Origin: an uncultured Actinomycetes bacterium
GTDB lineage: Bacteria > Actinomycetota > Acidimicrobiia > IMCC26256 > PALSA-610
Reading direction: 5' to 3'
Length of the DNA stretch: 64,000 nt
NCBI GenBank assembly: GCA_963729375.1
Contig: CAVSNP010000003.1
Span: 25,525-89,524 of the forward strand
The stretch's first letter is position 1, and each line of letters opens with the position of its first letter. Below the pieces are notes generated by a model, which had not been told where the DNA came from, did no database searches, and worked only from the letters and a program-made list of their open reading frames with translations. Below, one piece after another: positions 52,481-61,913 of the stretch. A program made the translations under genes and the position numbers.

Positions 52481-52720
52481 GTGGCAGGGACGATCTACAC
52501 GGCCGAGCATCGGCGCCTTGTCACGATCTTGCGTGACCTCCGATCCAAACGAGGGATAACCCAGGCGAAACTCGCGGCCCAACTGAAGCGGCCGCAGTCC
52601 TACGTCTCGGCGTACGAGTCGGGCCAACGCCGACTCGACCTGATGGAAGTCGAGCGAATCGCGAAGGCTCTCGGGACCACACTGGGCGCTGTTGTTCGCC
52701 GATACGAGTCACGCGGTTGA
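52481..52720 (+). CDS. XRE-family helix-turn-helix transcriptional regulator
   Basis: LRDLRSKRGITQAKLAAQLKRPQSYVSAYESGQRRLDLMEVERIAKALG is the canonical HTH_3 pattern. 79 aa, intact. Confidence 0.8.
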   Translation: MAGTIYTAEHRRLVTILRDLRSKRGITQAKLAAQLKRPQSYVSAYESGQRRLDLMEVERIAKALGTTLGAVVRRYESRG

Positions 52721-53183
52721 AGGGGCGTAGCGGCATCGAAAAACTCAGCGGCCCGCCCCTTACTGCGTCGGACAAACGAGACGCTTCACTCGTGGTAGCG
52801 GGACAGCGTCACACGAACAAGGTCGGGCCTTCGACCGAAGCGCTACTACGGGGTGCGAGAAGACGTTGCCCAGACGTAGCCTCGAGCGTGTGAACGGCCA
52901 TGAGGTTGAATCTTGGGCACGCGGGGTCGTAACAGAGTGCTCCGCGGTCAGCTTGTCGAGGACGGGCGCGTGAACGCAAGTCCGTGTTCTCCGACGACCA
53001 CGCTCGAGCCGCGGGGCAGCTTGGCGGTACCGCGAATACGGCGTGGTCGCCTGAGGTGTTGTGGCTCGTGGGCATCGACGAATCGGCGCGCGCCGTCACT
53101 GGTGCAAGCGTTGACGATCTGTTCACCCTGCCCCACGACCGCGCTTCAGCCATGCCCCACCAGCCCCACACAACGGAGGACGA

Positions 53184-53811
53184 ATGATGCCTGCAGGACG
53201 ACCCCGCGGCGGACCGAACGGACGCCCCACCGCAATCGACCGTGTGATCGGCGAACACGACGGCCACCCCATCACCGTCTTCGACCGAATCGTCGGCCTC
53301 ATCGAGAACAACGCATACTACGAATCGGCCTTCGCGGCGGCCGGCGTCCCGATCGACACGGGCCGAGGTTGGCTCGCACCGGCGCCAAAGTCCTCATCAA
53401 GATCGGGGACTGCCCCGTCGACGACGCCCCAGGACTGACGGACCTCGAACGTCGCTGCGCCCACTTTCAACGGCTGTACGGCAGGCTGAGGGCCGCGCCG
53501 ATGTTGCGGCGACACTCGATGTGCAGAAGTTGGCGCGGGGCGGCGTGCTCGAGCAGGTCACGACGATCAAGGTCGACGCTGACGGCAACGAGATCGAACG
53601 GACCATCAAGTCGACGTACACGTTGCCGGATCTGCGGGCGATTCAGTGGTTGCAGAAGCATGGCCCGTACCGGGATCGGTATGCGGATCGGGTCGAGTTG
53701 ACGGGAGCGGAGGGCGGTCCGATCGAACTGTCGCAAGCGGAACGGGCGACCGCGTTGTTGGAGCAGGTCCGCGCACACCGGGCCCACGGGACTGTCGCCA
53801 CAGCGACCTAA
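53184..53811 (+). CDS. phage small-terminase-like / HTH protein, two frame disruptions
   Basis: GRPTAIDRVIGEHDGHPITVFDRIVGLIENNAYYESAFAAAGVPIDTGRGWL, and in another frame LARGGVLEQVTTIKVDADGNEIERTIKSTYTLPDLRAIQWLQKHGPYRDRY. Resembles actinophage TerS-type proteins. Assignment is tentative. Confidence 0.4.
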
Positions 53812-53856
53812 CGGCGTACGGTTCCCGCCAGCGGGGCTTGCGAAGGCGGGGCGCCA

Positions 53857-55502
53857 TGTTTTATCGGTTTGGTTTCGCGGGCTACTCGTCGGGGTCGTCG
53901 TCAGTCTCGCGGCCGGTGGCACATTCGCGTGGCCGACGATTGCGGGTGCGACGAGTTGCGAGCCAGGTCCCCGAGCGGTCCTTGTTGGCTGCAACTTCAG
54001 CGGCGCGAATCTCAGCGGCGCGAATCTCAGCGGCGCCAACCTCACCGGCGCCAAACTCGTTAAGGCGAACCTCAGAGGCGCGAACCTCACCAAGGCGAAC
54101 CTCACGAGGGCGAACCTCACCGGCGCCGATCTCATTTCTTCCGTCCTCCTCGATGCCAACTTGACGAACGCCGTCCTCACAAGCGCGATCCTCACCAGCG
54201 CATACCTCTACGGCGCGAATCTGACCAGCGCTCGTCTCGGCCTCGTCAACCTCAGTCACCTCAACCTCAGACACGCCGACTTTTCCCACGCCGACCTGCG
54301 CCTTGCGAATGTCACGGAGAGCAATCTCAACTACGCCACGCTCACTGGTGCGAACCTCACCGGCGCCAACCTCACTGGGAGCAACCTCACCGCTACCAAC
54401 CTCAGCGGGACGAACCTCACCGGCGCCAACCTGACCGACGTGGCGGAGGTTGCTCCCGGTGCGGGTTCGATCGTCGGCGCTCCAGCCGCGCTGCCATCGC
54501 ACTGGTCGCTCATTGACGGCTACCTCATCGGCCCCGGCGCCGACCTCACGGGTGCCGACTTCAACACTGACAACCTAAGCCGTGCAGACCTGACCGACGT
54601 GATGTCGGGTGGGATCCTCGGCACTCCGGCCGCGCTGCCGCCGAGCTGGTCGCTCATTGACGGCTACTTCGCCGGCCCGGGCGCCAACCTGTATGGCGCG
54701 AATCTGAACGGCGCATATCTTGCGAACGTCAACCTCAGCGGCGCCGACCTGAGAGGGGGGGCCAACCTCACTGGAGCCACGCTGGCGGGTGCCAACCTCA
54801 CCGCTACCAACCTCGCCAACGTCAACCTCACTGACGCGAACCTCAGCGGAGCAACGCTTGCCGACGCGAACCTCGATCCTTTTGCCAACCTCACTGGAGC
54901 CACGCTGGCGGGTGCCAACCTCACCGCTACCAACCTCACCGGAGCGACGCTCACCGACACGAACCTCAGCCTTGCGAACCTCACTGAGGCGAACCTGACC
55001 GACGTGACGTCGGGTGGGGATCGTCGGCACTCCGGCCGCGCTGCCGCCGAGCTGGTCGCTCATCGACGGCTACCTCGAAGGCCCCGACGTCAACCTGTCC
55101 GACGCGAATCTGCAAGGCGCCTATCTCGCCAACGTCAACCTCACCGGCGCCCAACTTTTCAATGCCAACCTCGTTAGCGTCAACCTCACTGGTGCCATCC
55201 TCGTCGGCGCAGACGTCTCCTATGCGAACCTCTCAAACGCGAACCTCACGGACGCGAACCTCACGGACGCCGCCTTCAGTCAGGCCACATGGTCCGACAC
55301 AACTTGCCCCGACGGAACCAACAGCAACCTCGACGGCGGCACTTGCGTGAACAACCGTGCTGAGGGCGCCAGCGATGTCGACGCGGTCAGGGTCGAACGT
55401 CGTGCGCGGTCGCCACGCGCCCTCCACCAGGTCTTGGAAGGCAGGCCGCGGCCAGGCCGCGAGAGGCCGCGAAATGGCGGGTACCCAGGTGACGCGACGT
55501 GA
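53857..55502 (+). CDS. exported pentapeptide-repeat protein with three interspersed 'PAALPxxWSLIDGY' modules, two frame disruptions (~53880, ~55015); 3' end uncertain
   Basis: MFYRFGFAG / LLVGVVVSLAAGGTFAWPTIAGA signal-like N-terminus. Long runs of A(N/D)L(T/S)x pentapeptides. Modules at ~54473, ~54607 and ~55020. Cys-rich end TTCPDGTNSNLDGGTC. Confidence 0.75.
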
Positions 55503-55559
55503 AACCTCAGAGGTGCTCAGCGTGTGCGCTGACCTGCGCATACATGCTCTGACGTGCAG

Positions 55560-55631
55560 AGCGGGTGACGGGAATCGAACCCGCATCACCAGCTTGGAAG
55601 GCTGGTGCTCTAGCCATTGAGCTACACCCGC
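55560..55631 (-). tRNA. tRNA-Gly (anticodon UCC)
   Basis: Minus strand GCGGGTG-TA-GCTC-AATGGCTA-GAGC-A-CCAGC-CTTCCAA-GCTGG-TGAT-GCGGG-TTCGATT-CCCGT-CACCCGC-T. Complete cloverleaf. CCA not encoded. Confidence 0.9.
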
Positions 55632-56566
55632 GAACGGGGAGAGACGGTACTCGCGCCGACCTGCGTGTCTGCGCTCGTGACGTTCAGTGTTCGCGGAGGA
55701 CACAGATCATGGCAACAACGAACAGACGCGCGCGATGGGCGTTTTCAGGAGGAGTCGGGGAGGGGGGATTTGAACCCGCGTGGGCCGGTATTAGCGGGTG
55801 ACGGCGCATGCTGCCACATGACGTTTTCGCTCGTCAGCATACGTGTGTGGTGATGAGTGGTCCCGCCCGATGCCGACGGGTGACGGAATTTCTGCGACCA
55901 ATCCGTGACCACCGTCCCGCCAAGCGGCTCGTGCTCGACGATCGAGTCGTAGACGTTGCCGGCGGGGTCGAGAGGGCCGGTTTCGAACTGGCGCTCGATA
56001 ACCGCGACGGCGCGCTGACGATCGTTGGCGGCCTGGATATGGTTCAGAGCTTGTTTTGCTTCGTGCCCTTGGACGTTGTCGTTGAGCGCGTCGAGTGATC
56101 CCACGATCAGCGCCACGCTCCGCGCGACACAGGACAGCAGCGAACGTCAGGGCCCTCATGACAACGCGCTCTGCGCATCGACTGCGCCGGAGACATGCGG
56201 ACTTCAGATTCGCGAGGAAAGGTCGAAGCACCGAATCAGCGCGCAAACCGCTTCGATTTACCCACTTCGTCTGCGGCCACCCCAGGACGAAGTCGTTCAG
56301 CCACACCCGGCGCAATGTCGCGGCAGCGAGGAATCCAAGACGACGTCATGCAGCACCCACATTCCTGCGATCAACATGAGGGCGCCGGAAGGCCTTTGAG
56401 GCGATGACGAGATATGGTTGCAGACCCCGGCGCGACCGAAAGCACTGCGACCGACACCCCAGCAACCGGAGCGGACCATTCGAGTCGGCGCGGGGCGATC
56501 GTCGACGAGCGACCGGTCGCGACAGGACGGATTCGCTCTATCACGAGATGCTGCCGGGGGAGTCGA

Positions 56567-57361
56567 ATGCTGTCGACCCCGAGTGTTGCGATTCTCGTCT
56601 GCGGTCTGGTTGCAATCGCCGCAATTGTCGCTGGAGCCGTCGTCATGTCGAATCGCAATGGCGGACGGACGAGATCCGCGTCAACGCCTGTCGTCGCCCG
56701 CGCGAGCCTGCAACCTGCAAAGGCGTTGAGGACAGCGCCTGCAACGTTCGCGCCACTGTTCGCCGCGGACAGCTCCGGGGTGGTGCGGGTCGAATCGACG
56801 GGATGTTCATCTGCCGACGTCGGAACCGGCTTTCTCGTCGCGCCCAACCTGATCGCAACGGCCGCTCACGTCGTCGAAGGAACTGCCGATATCACGCTGC
56901 ACGGTGCGAAGTACGAAAGCGTCGGGGAGGTCGTCGGTATTGACGCGGTGTCGGACGTCGCGTTGGTGCGCAGCCAGACGGGCTTGACGGGCCATGTCTT
57001 CTCGCTCGCTCAGCGTTCGCCTGATGTCGGTACGCCCGTCGCGACCATCGGGTTCCCAGAAGCGTTGGCCGATCACACTGACCCAGGGCACCGTCAGCGC
57101 AGTCAACAGGTCGGGAAGGTTCAACGACGGCATCACACGCCATGGCCTCATTCAGACGGACACTCCCGTGAACCCCGGCAACAGCGGCGGTCCGCTACTC
57201 AAGGCTGACGGGACCGTCGTCGGCGTGGTTGAAGGCGACCTCACCCCGCGAACGGCATCGGCTACGCCACTGGTGTCGACGTTGCGCGTCCGCTTCTCCA
57301 GGGCTGGCAGCACTCGCCTCAGGTCGTCCCGATGGCGCGCTGTGGGAAGCCCAAACGATAG
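56567..57361 (+). CDS. membrane-anchored trypsin-like (S1/HtrA-type) serine protease, two frame disruptions (~57065, ~57245)
   Basis: [40 protein letters not shown] (His), DVALV (Asp), [15 protein letters not shown] (Ser). Confidence 0.7.
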
Positions 57362-57506
57362 AAACTCGCCCTTCACGACCTCCCCGATTCGACGTTGACA
57401 TCCCAAGCGGCAACCATTCGGCGCATCGGCCGGCCACGTGGGCAGCATGCAGCGGCCGCACGCGTATGAGTACCTCTTGAGATGTCGTCACGCAAAGGAG
57501 CCCAGC

Positions 57507-57998
57507 ATGGGATTGATCCGAAAGACACTGTCGGTCGGAACGCTCGGGATCGTGTCGTTCCGCAGCAAGAAGGAGAGACTGCGACGAGCCGAACGATCAC
57601 AGCACGACGCGCAGACGTCCCTGCAAGACGAACATGCCGCCCGTCTGGCCGCCGAAGACCGCGTCAGCGGATCAGAAAAACGGGCGAAGCGAGCGAGCGC
57701 ACAGGCAGCCCACGCCGCCAAACGTCTCGAACGATCCAAGCATCGGAACCGACGGCACAAGAACGAGACCACGCGAGACGTGCTCGCGGCGGTCGAGCCG
57801 ATGGTGCGCACCGGAATCGACAACGTGCGCAGCGCGAGCGCGGAGACGGCCGAACGCAGTCGCCGCGCCAGGCGCCGTACCCGCAAGGCCGCGACACGGA
57901 CGCTGCGCCGAGCGAAGAAAACTGCTGCGCCGCATGCCGCGTCGGTCGCCGCCCGCGCCGCAGATGTGCTCGATCACATGACCGCTTCCGACGAGTAG
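57507..57998 (+). CDS. hypothetical basic, coiled-coil-like protein
   Basis: ATG 57507 is preceded by AAGGAG. N-terminal hydrophobic GLIRKTLSVGTLGIVSF, then a Lys/Arg/Ala-rich region. Confidence 0.5.
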   Translation: MGLIRKTLSVGTLGIVSFRSKKERLRRAERSQHDAQTSLQDEHAARLAAEDRVSGSEKRAKRASAQAAHAAKRLERSKHRNRRHKNETTRDVLAAVEPMVRTGIDNVRSASAETAERSRRARRRTRKAATRTLRRAKKTAAPHAASVAARAADVLDHMTASDE

Positions 57999-58479
57999 CG
58001 ACCTCGACGATAGAAGTGGCATGAGACCGTCATCCTGCGAATCGGGGCCGGCCGACGTTTACCAGAGAGAGCATCCCCCAGATGGCTCCAGCGGAACACT
58101 GACAACTTCTGAGCTGGCGCGACGCGCCGACAGTCAGTCCGCCCGCCCACACTTGCGCAGAATCGCCGCGTCGAGCCTCACGGTAGCGACGCAATGATGC
58201 CGCTCAATGCGTGGAAAAATCGCCACTGGTCGGCTGGGGTGGGGTTGGTGTGAGGCCCCCCGATCACCTATCAACCGGCCTCGCAAGACCGTTGGATTCA
58301 TGAAACCATCGGAGAAGCTCGCCGAGCTCGTCGCGGCTACCCCTTGAATCCGCCGTCCCCCAGGACGGTGATATCGCTAGATCCGGTCCTCCACCTTTGA
58401 GAGTCACGACGCCCACGACGTGGGCAGGAGGTGAGCCTCGTAGCCGGTGGACTCGTTTCGAGGAGGCACCCCCACGTCC

Positions 58480-59877
58480 TCACGGAGCTAGAGCCCCAAC
58501 ACCGTTGGAGGCATTGCTAGAGAGCGGGTTGTATCCCCAACGGTCGACTTGTTCACACTCGGCCTCGGTGAACGATGCGCGTTTGCGCAGTTCTACCTCG
58601 GTACGTGATTGGAAGCTCATCCCATCCGGGTCCGGCCCCTCGAGGATCTCTATCTCACGACGCGCTCGTTCCGTGTCCGCCTCGAGGTAGTGCGCTCGCA
58701 GATCGCGTTGACGCCCGAAGAAGCGGCCGTGTACCCGTTCGCGTTCGACCATTGGATCGAGATGGAGTTTCTCGCACAGCTGGCGCGTCCAACGAAGCCC
58801 GTTCTCGACGTGGAACAGCTCATCAGTCGAGGCGTAGTCCAGCGCACGTGCAATGTCGACCTGGCCGAGGATATCCCGAGTTGCGATCTCGAGGGGCAGC
58901 TTGTCGATGGCGAGGCCCTCGAGCACCGTGCACAGGATGAGGAGCCGCCAGACAAGTTCGCGTTCGCTTCCCACCTCGCATTCGGGGAACTCGTATGCGA
59001 ACTGGTAGTTCGAACCATGCTGAGGAAGGCACGCTTCGTCAATGCCGCGGTCACTCATCAGACGACGAAAGAACTCTGCATGGCGCGCCTCGTCGGTCAC
59101 ATGCCGGGCGACGCCTGCGTGGAACGACCATGGCAGTGTCGGGTGCTCATAGGAGCACCGGGACATGAGCTCCATGGCGCAAAGCTCGGACATGACGTTT
59201 TCGTTCAGCTCGCCGGCGATCTCGTCGTCGTCCAGTCGAGAACCCATCCTCAAGTTCGAGCGTGCGCCTGTCTCCGGCCGTACCCTCCCAGCTGGTCGCG
59301 CCGGCACAGGTACGCGGTCCTGTGGCTCCCACATCACTTCGTCGAGCGACACGACCTCGGTGTCGGAATCGGCCAGCGCCCTGTGGACCTCGGCGACGAG
59401 CGTGCCGGACGTCGCGGGTCCCAACCGTTCCAACTCGCCGATCGCCGATCGCACCACCGCCATCAAACGCGCGTCGTAGAGGGGATCGATCCGGGCGGCG
59501 ATCTCCCGATAACGAGCAAGCAGGACCGACGGGACGTCCTGGCAGAGTCCTTGGACTACGGGAGCGGAGTCGTGGCTCGCGTCGAGCAGCCGGAGTGGTG
59601 CCACCCACACTGGCTTGACAGTCAGAGCCGAGTCGTCACGCTCGAGAAGTGCGAGGGCGTAACCACGCACGGCGCTTGCTCGTGCCATCGTGGCATCGAG
59701 GCGGGAAGCCAGCCGGAGCTTGTCGTCGAGCTCGGGGGTCTTCGCGACCCACCCAGCGCTGACATGGGCCACAGCTCGCTCGAGGGCGGCGAGCCGGAGC
59801 AGGTCGTCCACGAGCTCAGGTGCGGACCACCGCCCACCCGGACGCTGGTCGCGATCGGGATAGGTCGTCGTGCTCAC
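58480..59877 (-). CDS. DUF455-type ferritin-like di-iron protein with an extra N-terminal helical half
   Basis: Two ExxH motifs, DEARHAEFF and DELFHVENGLRW. LEGLAIDKLPLEIA resembles the DUF455 (MiaE-like) core. The GTG start overlaps the upstream stop (TAGTG); an alternative TTG start is at 59910. Intact. Confidence 0.75.
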   Translation of the reverse strand: MSTTTYPDRDQRPGGRWSAPELVDDLLRLAALERAVAHVSAGWVAKTPELDDKLRLASRLDATMARASAVRGYALALLERDDSALTVKPVWVAPLRLLDASHDSAPVVQGLCQDVPSVLLARYREIAARIDPLYDARLMAVVRSAIGELERLGPATSGTLVAEVHRALADSDTEVVSLDEVMWEPQDRVPVPARPAGRVRPETGARSNLRMGSRLDDDEIAGELNENVMSELCAMELMSRCSYEHPTLPWSFHAGVARHVTDEARHAEFFRRLMSDRGIDEACLPQHGSNYQFAYEFPECEVGSERELVWRLLILCTVLEGLAIDKLPLEIATRDILGQVDIARALDYASTDELFHVENGLRWTRQLCEKLHLDPMVERERVHGRFFGRQRDLRAHYLEADTERARREIEILEGPDPDGMSFQSRTEVELRKRASFTEAECEQVDRWGYNPLSSNASNGVGALAP

Positions 59878-60221
59878 TACGCGACAACAGACTTGTTCCA
59901 GGGACAACACCCGGCACCGGACGCGAAACCAGGACCCGCAAGCGCTGTGGTGGGAAGACCACTGGCTTGGTTCAGCGCCGCCCCGAGGCCCGAAGCGACG
60001 GCGGGCGAGAGGAGCGGGCCGCTCCCGAGAGCGCCCATGACGCCCCCGGAACCGAGCGCAAAGCCGGCAACATCTGTCGTAGCGTCCTCGACCAGCAGCC
60101 TCTTTTCCTCATCGGTCAGGTCCCAAGTGTCGAGTGTGCCGGGGTCCTGGGCGACCTTGTCGCGGAACTCTTCGTTGTTCAACATGTTGGTGTACACGCC
60201 CGCGAGTGCATCTTTGCTCAT
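59877..60221 (-). CDS. 114-aa leader-like + Gly/Ala/Ser-rich core protein ending ...GAGCCPWNKSVVA (candidate RiPP-type precursor)
   Basis: ATG 60221 with GGAGAAGGAG 6 nt upstream. N-terminus MSKDALAGVYTNMLNNEEFRDKVAQDPGTLDTWDLTDEEKRLLVEDATTDVAG, then GFALGSGGVMGALGSGPLLSPAVASGLGAAL...GPGFASGAGCCPW. Confidence 0.6.
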   Translation of the reverse strand: MSKDALAGVYTNMLNNEEFRDKVAQDPGTLDTWDLTDEEKRLLVEDATTDVAGFALGSGGVMGALGSGPLLSPAVASGLGAALNQASGLPTTALAGPGFASGAGCCPWNKSVVA

Positions 60222-60712
60222 GACAAGCTCCTTCTCCGATGTCTCGTGCTGACTCGACCACGGCGCCGTCAAGCGCCCGCGCCTCCCGTGTCGCCCGTCT
60301 AGGTCGCCGATGTTTTCTCCGAAACTCGCGCAGTGTGGTGTCACGCGAGCTCGTGACCGCGGCGAACATACTGCGTGAACAGCAATTTTTCGATTGTGGG
60401 CTCGATGCCGCCTTCTTCAAGCACCCTTTGGTGTGGGCGACGACATCAAGGCCGAGGTCCCCGCATTCCCACATCTTCCTGCCCCCACCGGCTCGTCGCC
60501 AAGGCATCCGCGTCACGACGACGCTAGAACAAGGCGCCAGCTCTTCGAACCGGGGATTTCCCTAGTTTCCGGCATGCCCAGGCCGATGTTTTGCCTCTTT
60601 TGCCGTATGTCGAACCAAAGAGCCGCATCGCGATCCGTCACTCGCCGCCCTGCAATACCGGTTCTTCGGAAATGAACGGGGTGGAAGTCCTCAGGAGGCG
60701 AAACTGGCCAGC

Positions 60713-61156
60713 ATGTTGCTCCGCGCTGCGACACCGGATGACGCCAGGGAGGTGGCGAACGTTCATGTGCGCTCTTGGCAGGAGCGATACACGTTCGGCG
60801 CGTCCGACCCTCTTCAACCAGCGACCATCGTCGCCGTCGATGAAGGGATTATCTGCGGGTTCGCGACGACCGGTCCCGCCTGGGGCACCGACGGGCACGG
60901 GAGCGGGGAACTGCACGCTCTGTATGTCGATCCGCCGAGTTGGGGTCTTGGCGTCGGCCGAGCGCTCATCGCCGCTGCCCGTGAGCACCTGTGTAGCCAA
61001 GACTTCACCGAGGCGTGTTTGTGGGTCCTGGTCGGCAACGACCGCGCTGAGCGCTTCTACCGGGCTGACGGATGGGTCTCGGACGGCACCCAACGCGTCG
61101 CTGCAGTTCACGGATTAGTGGTCGACGAAATTCGCTACGAACGACATCTCGTGTGA
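60713..61156 (+). CDS. GNAT family N-acetyltransferase
   Basis: ELHALYVDPPSWGLGVGRALI (motif A Q/RxxGxG/A) and NDRAERFYRADGW. 147 aa, intact. Confidence 0.85.
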   Translation: MLLRAATPDDAREVANVHVRSWQERYTFGASDPLQPATIVAVDEGIICGFATTGPAWGTDGHGSGELHALYVDPPSWGLGVGRALIAAAREHLCSQDFTEACLWVLVGNDRAERFYRADGWVSDGTQRVAAVHGLVVDEIRYERHLV

Positions 61157-61913
61157 CGCGCATGCGGAGCGACGGATATCCGCCCGTACCGGTTCGTTTC
61201 CGAAGAGCTACGTCCTGGTCAGACGCACATGAACCCTGGCGGGTCACCCGTTGAGAATGAAGATGAGCGCCCTCGGCGTTTTCTGGCTTCGGAATTATGC
61301 GGGCCCGCATTGGCACCGAGTGGCGTCGTCGGCGCGCAATCTGTGCGTGCGTTCTGCCAGGTTCGGCATGTCTGCGGCGAGCGCCGAACAGGCAGTTACA
61401 GCGCGTCGGCGAGAATCGCTCGGGGTGGGTTCGGATCGATCCAGATCCCTACCGTGACTGCAGTGTTCTCGGCCGCCCACCCACGCAGCGATTGCTTCGG
61501 CGTCCTGGGCTACGGATTGCGCGCGCCCATCGAGGACGATCGTGAGTTGACCGGACGCTCGGTGGATCGACGACATCCGGTAGCTCGCAGGTAGTTGCAG
61601 TCGGCCTGAGCGCAACGCTTCCCGCCAATCCTCCTCCGCTTGCACGAGTCGCGGATCTAGCTAGGTCCATCGTGCTACGCCATCAGTTCCGCGTTGTGGC
61701 TCAGTTTCGCTTGCGTTCTCGCCGTCTGCCACGTTCGCGATCGCTTGCTGACGACGGAACTCCTCTTCTTCCTCAGGCGTCTGGTCGGGGCGTGTCACGA
61801 TTACACGGTGCCCGCCCACTGGCGGCAGGTCGAGCGCGGATCAGATATGGCGTTAGCCGTCGATCTTGTCGACGGCGTACTGAGGCACTCCGCACCGCTG
61901 GCGATCGGTGATG

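Larger units (their letters stand above)
45463..55603. mobile_element. ~10.1 kb tRNA-Gly-integrated element (phage-satellite-like / defective integrative element)
   Basis: Bounded by the 46-bp direct repeat. The right copy is part of an intact tRNA-Gly(UCC). Contains int, xis, a primase/helicase, a serine recombinase, an XRE regulator, a terS-like gene and cargo. Confidence 0.8.

Noticed and set aside
53882-55063. Long minus-strand ORFs (53882-54502, 54575-55063, 54664-54984) opposite the pentapeptide gene
   Set aside because: They are mirror-frame artefacts of the periodic GC-rich pentapeptide DNA (Arg/Glu/Val-rich translations). They have no start context or motifs, whereas the + strand gives canonical A(N/D)LxX repeats.
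53950-55300. Strong short-period DNA repetition that could be mistaken for a CRISPR or tandem-repeat array
   Set aside because: The periodicity is 15 nt with drifting sequence and no unique spacers. It is fully explained by pentapeptide-repeat coding.
55745-56116. 123-aa minus-strand ORF beginning MALIVGSLDALNDNVQGHEAKQALNHIQAANDRQRAVAVIERQFETGPLD
   Set aside because: The N-terminal two-thirds look protein-like, but the C-terminal part runs through the tRNA-like fragment. With no motif or RBS it is left as unconfirmed.
58300-58347. 15-codon ORF MKPSEKLAELVAATP bracketed by ggattca/tgaatcc, downstream of the DUF455 gene
   Set aside because: It lies on the opposite strand to the candidate operon, has no RBS and is too short to evaluate. 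It is noted only because of its proximity.
61295-61800. Two tandem small minus-strand ORFs: an acidic ~45 aa ORF (VTRPDQTPEEEEEFRRQQAIANV...) and the 61295-61645 ORF, as a possible toxin-antitoxin-like pair
   Set aside because: There are no recognisable TA family motifs, the start contexts are weak, and the 3' half of the second ORF is off-frame-like.
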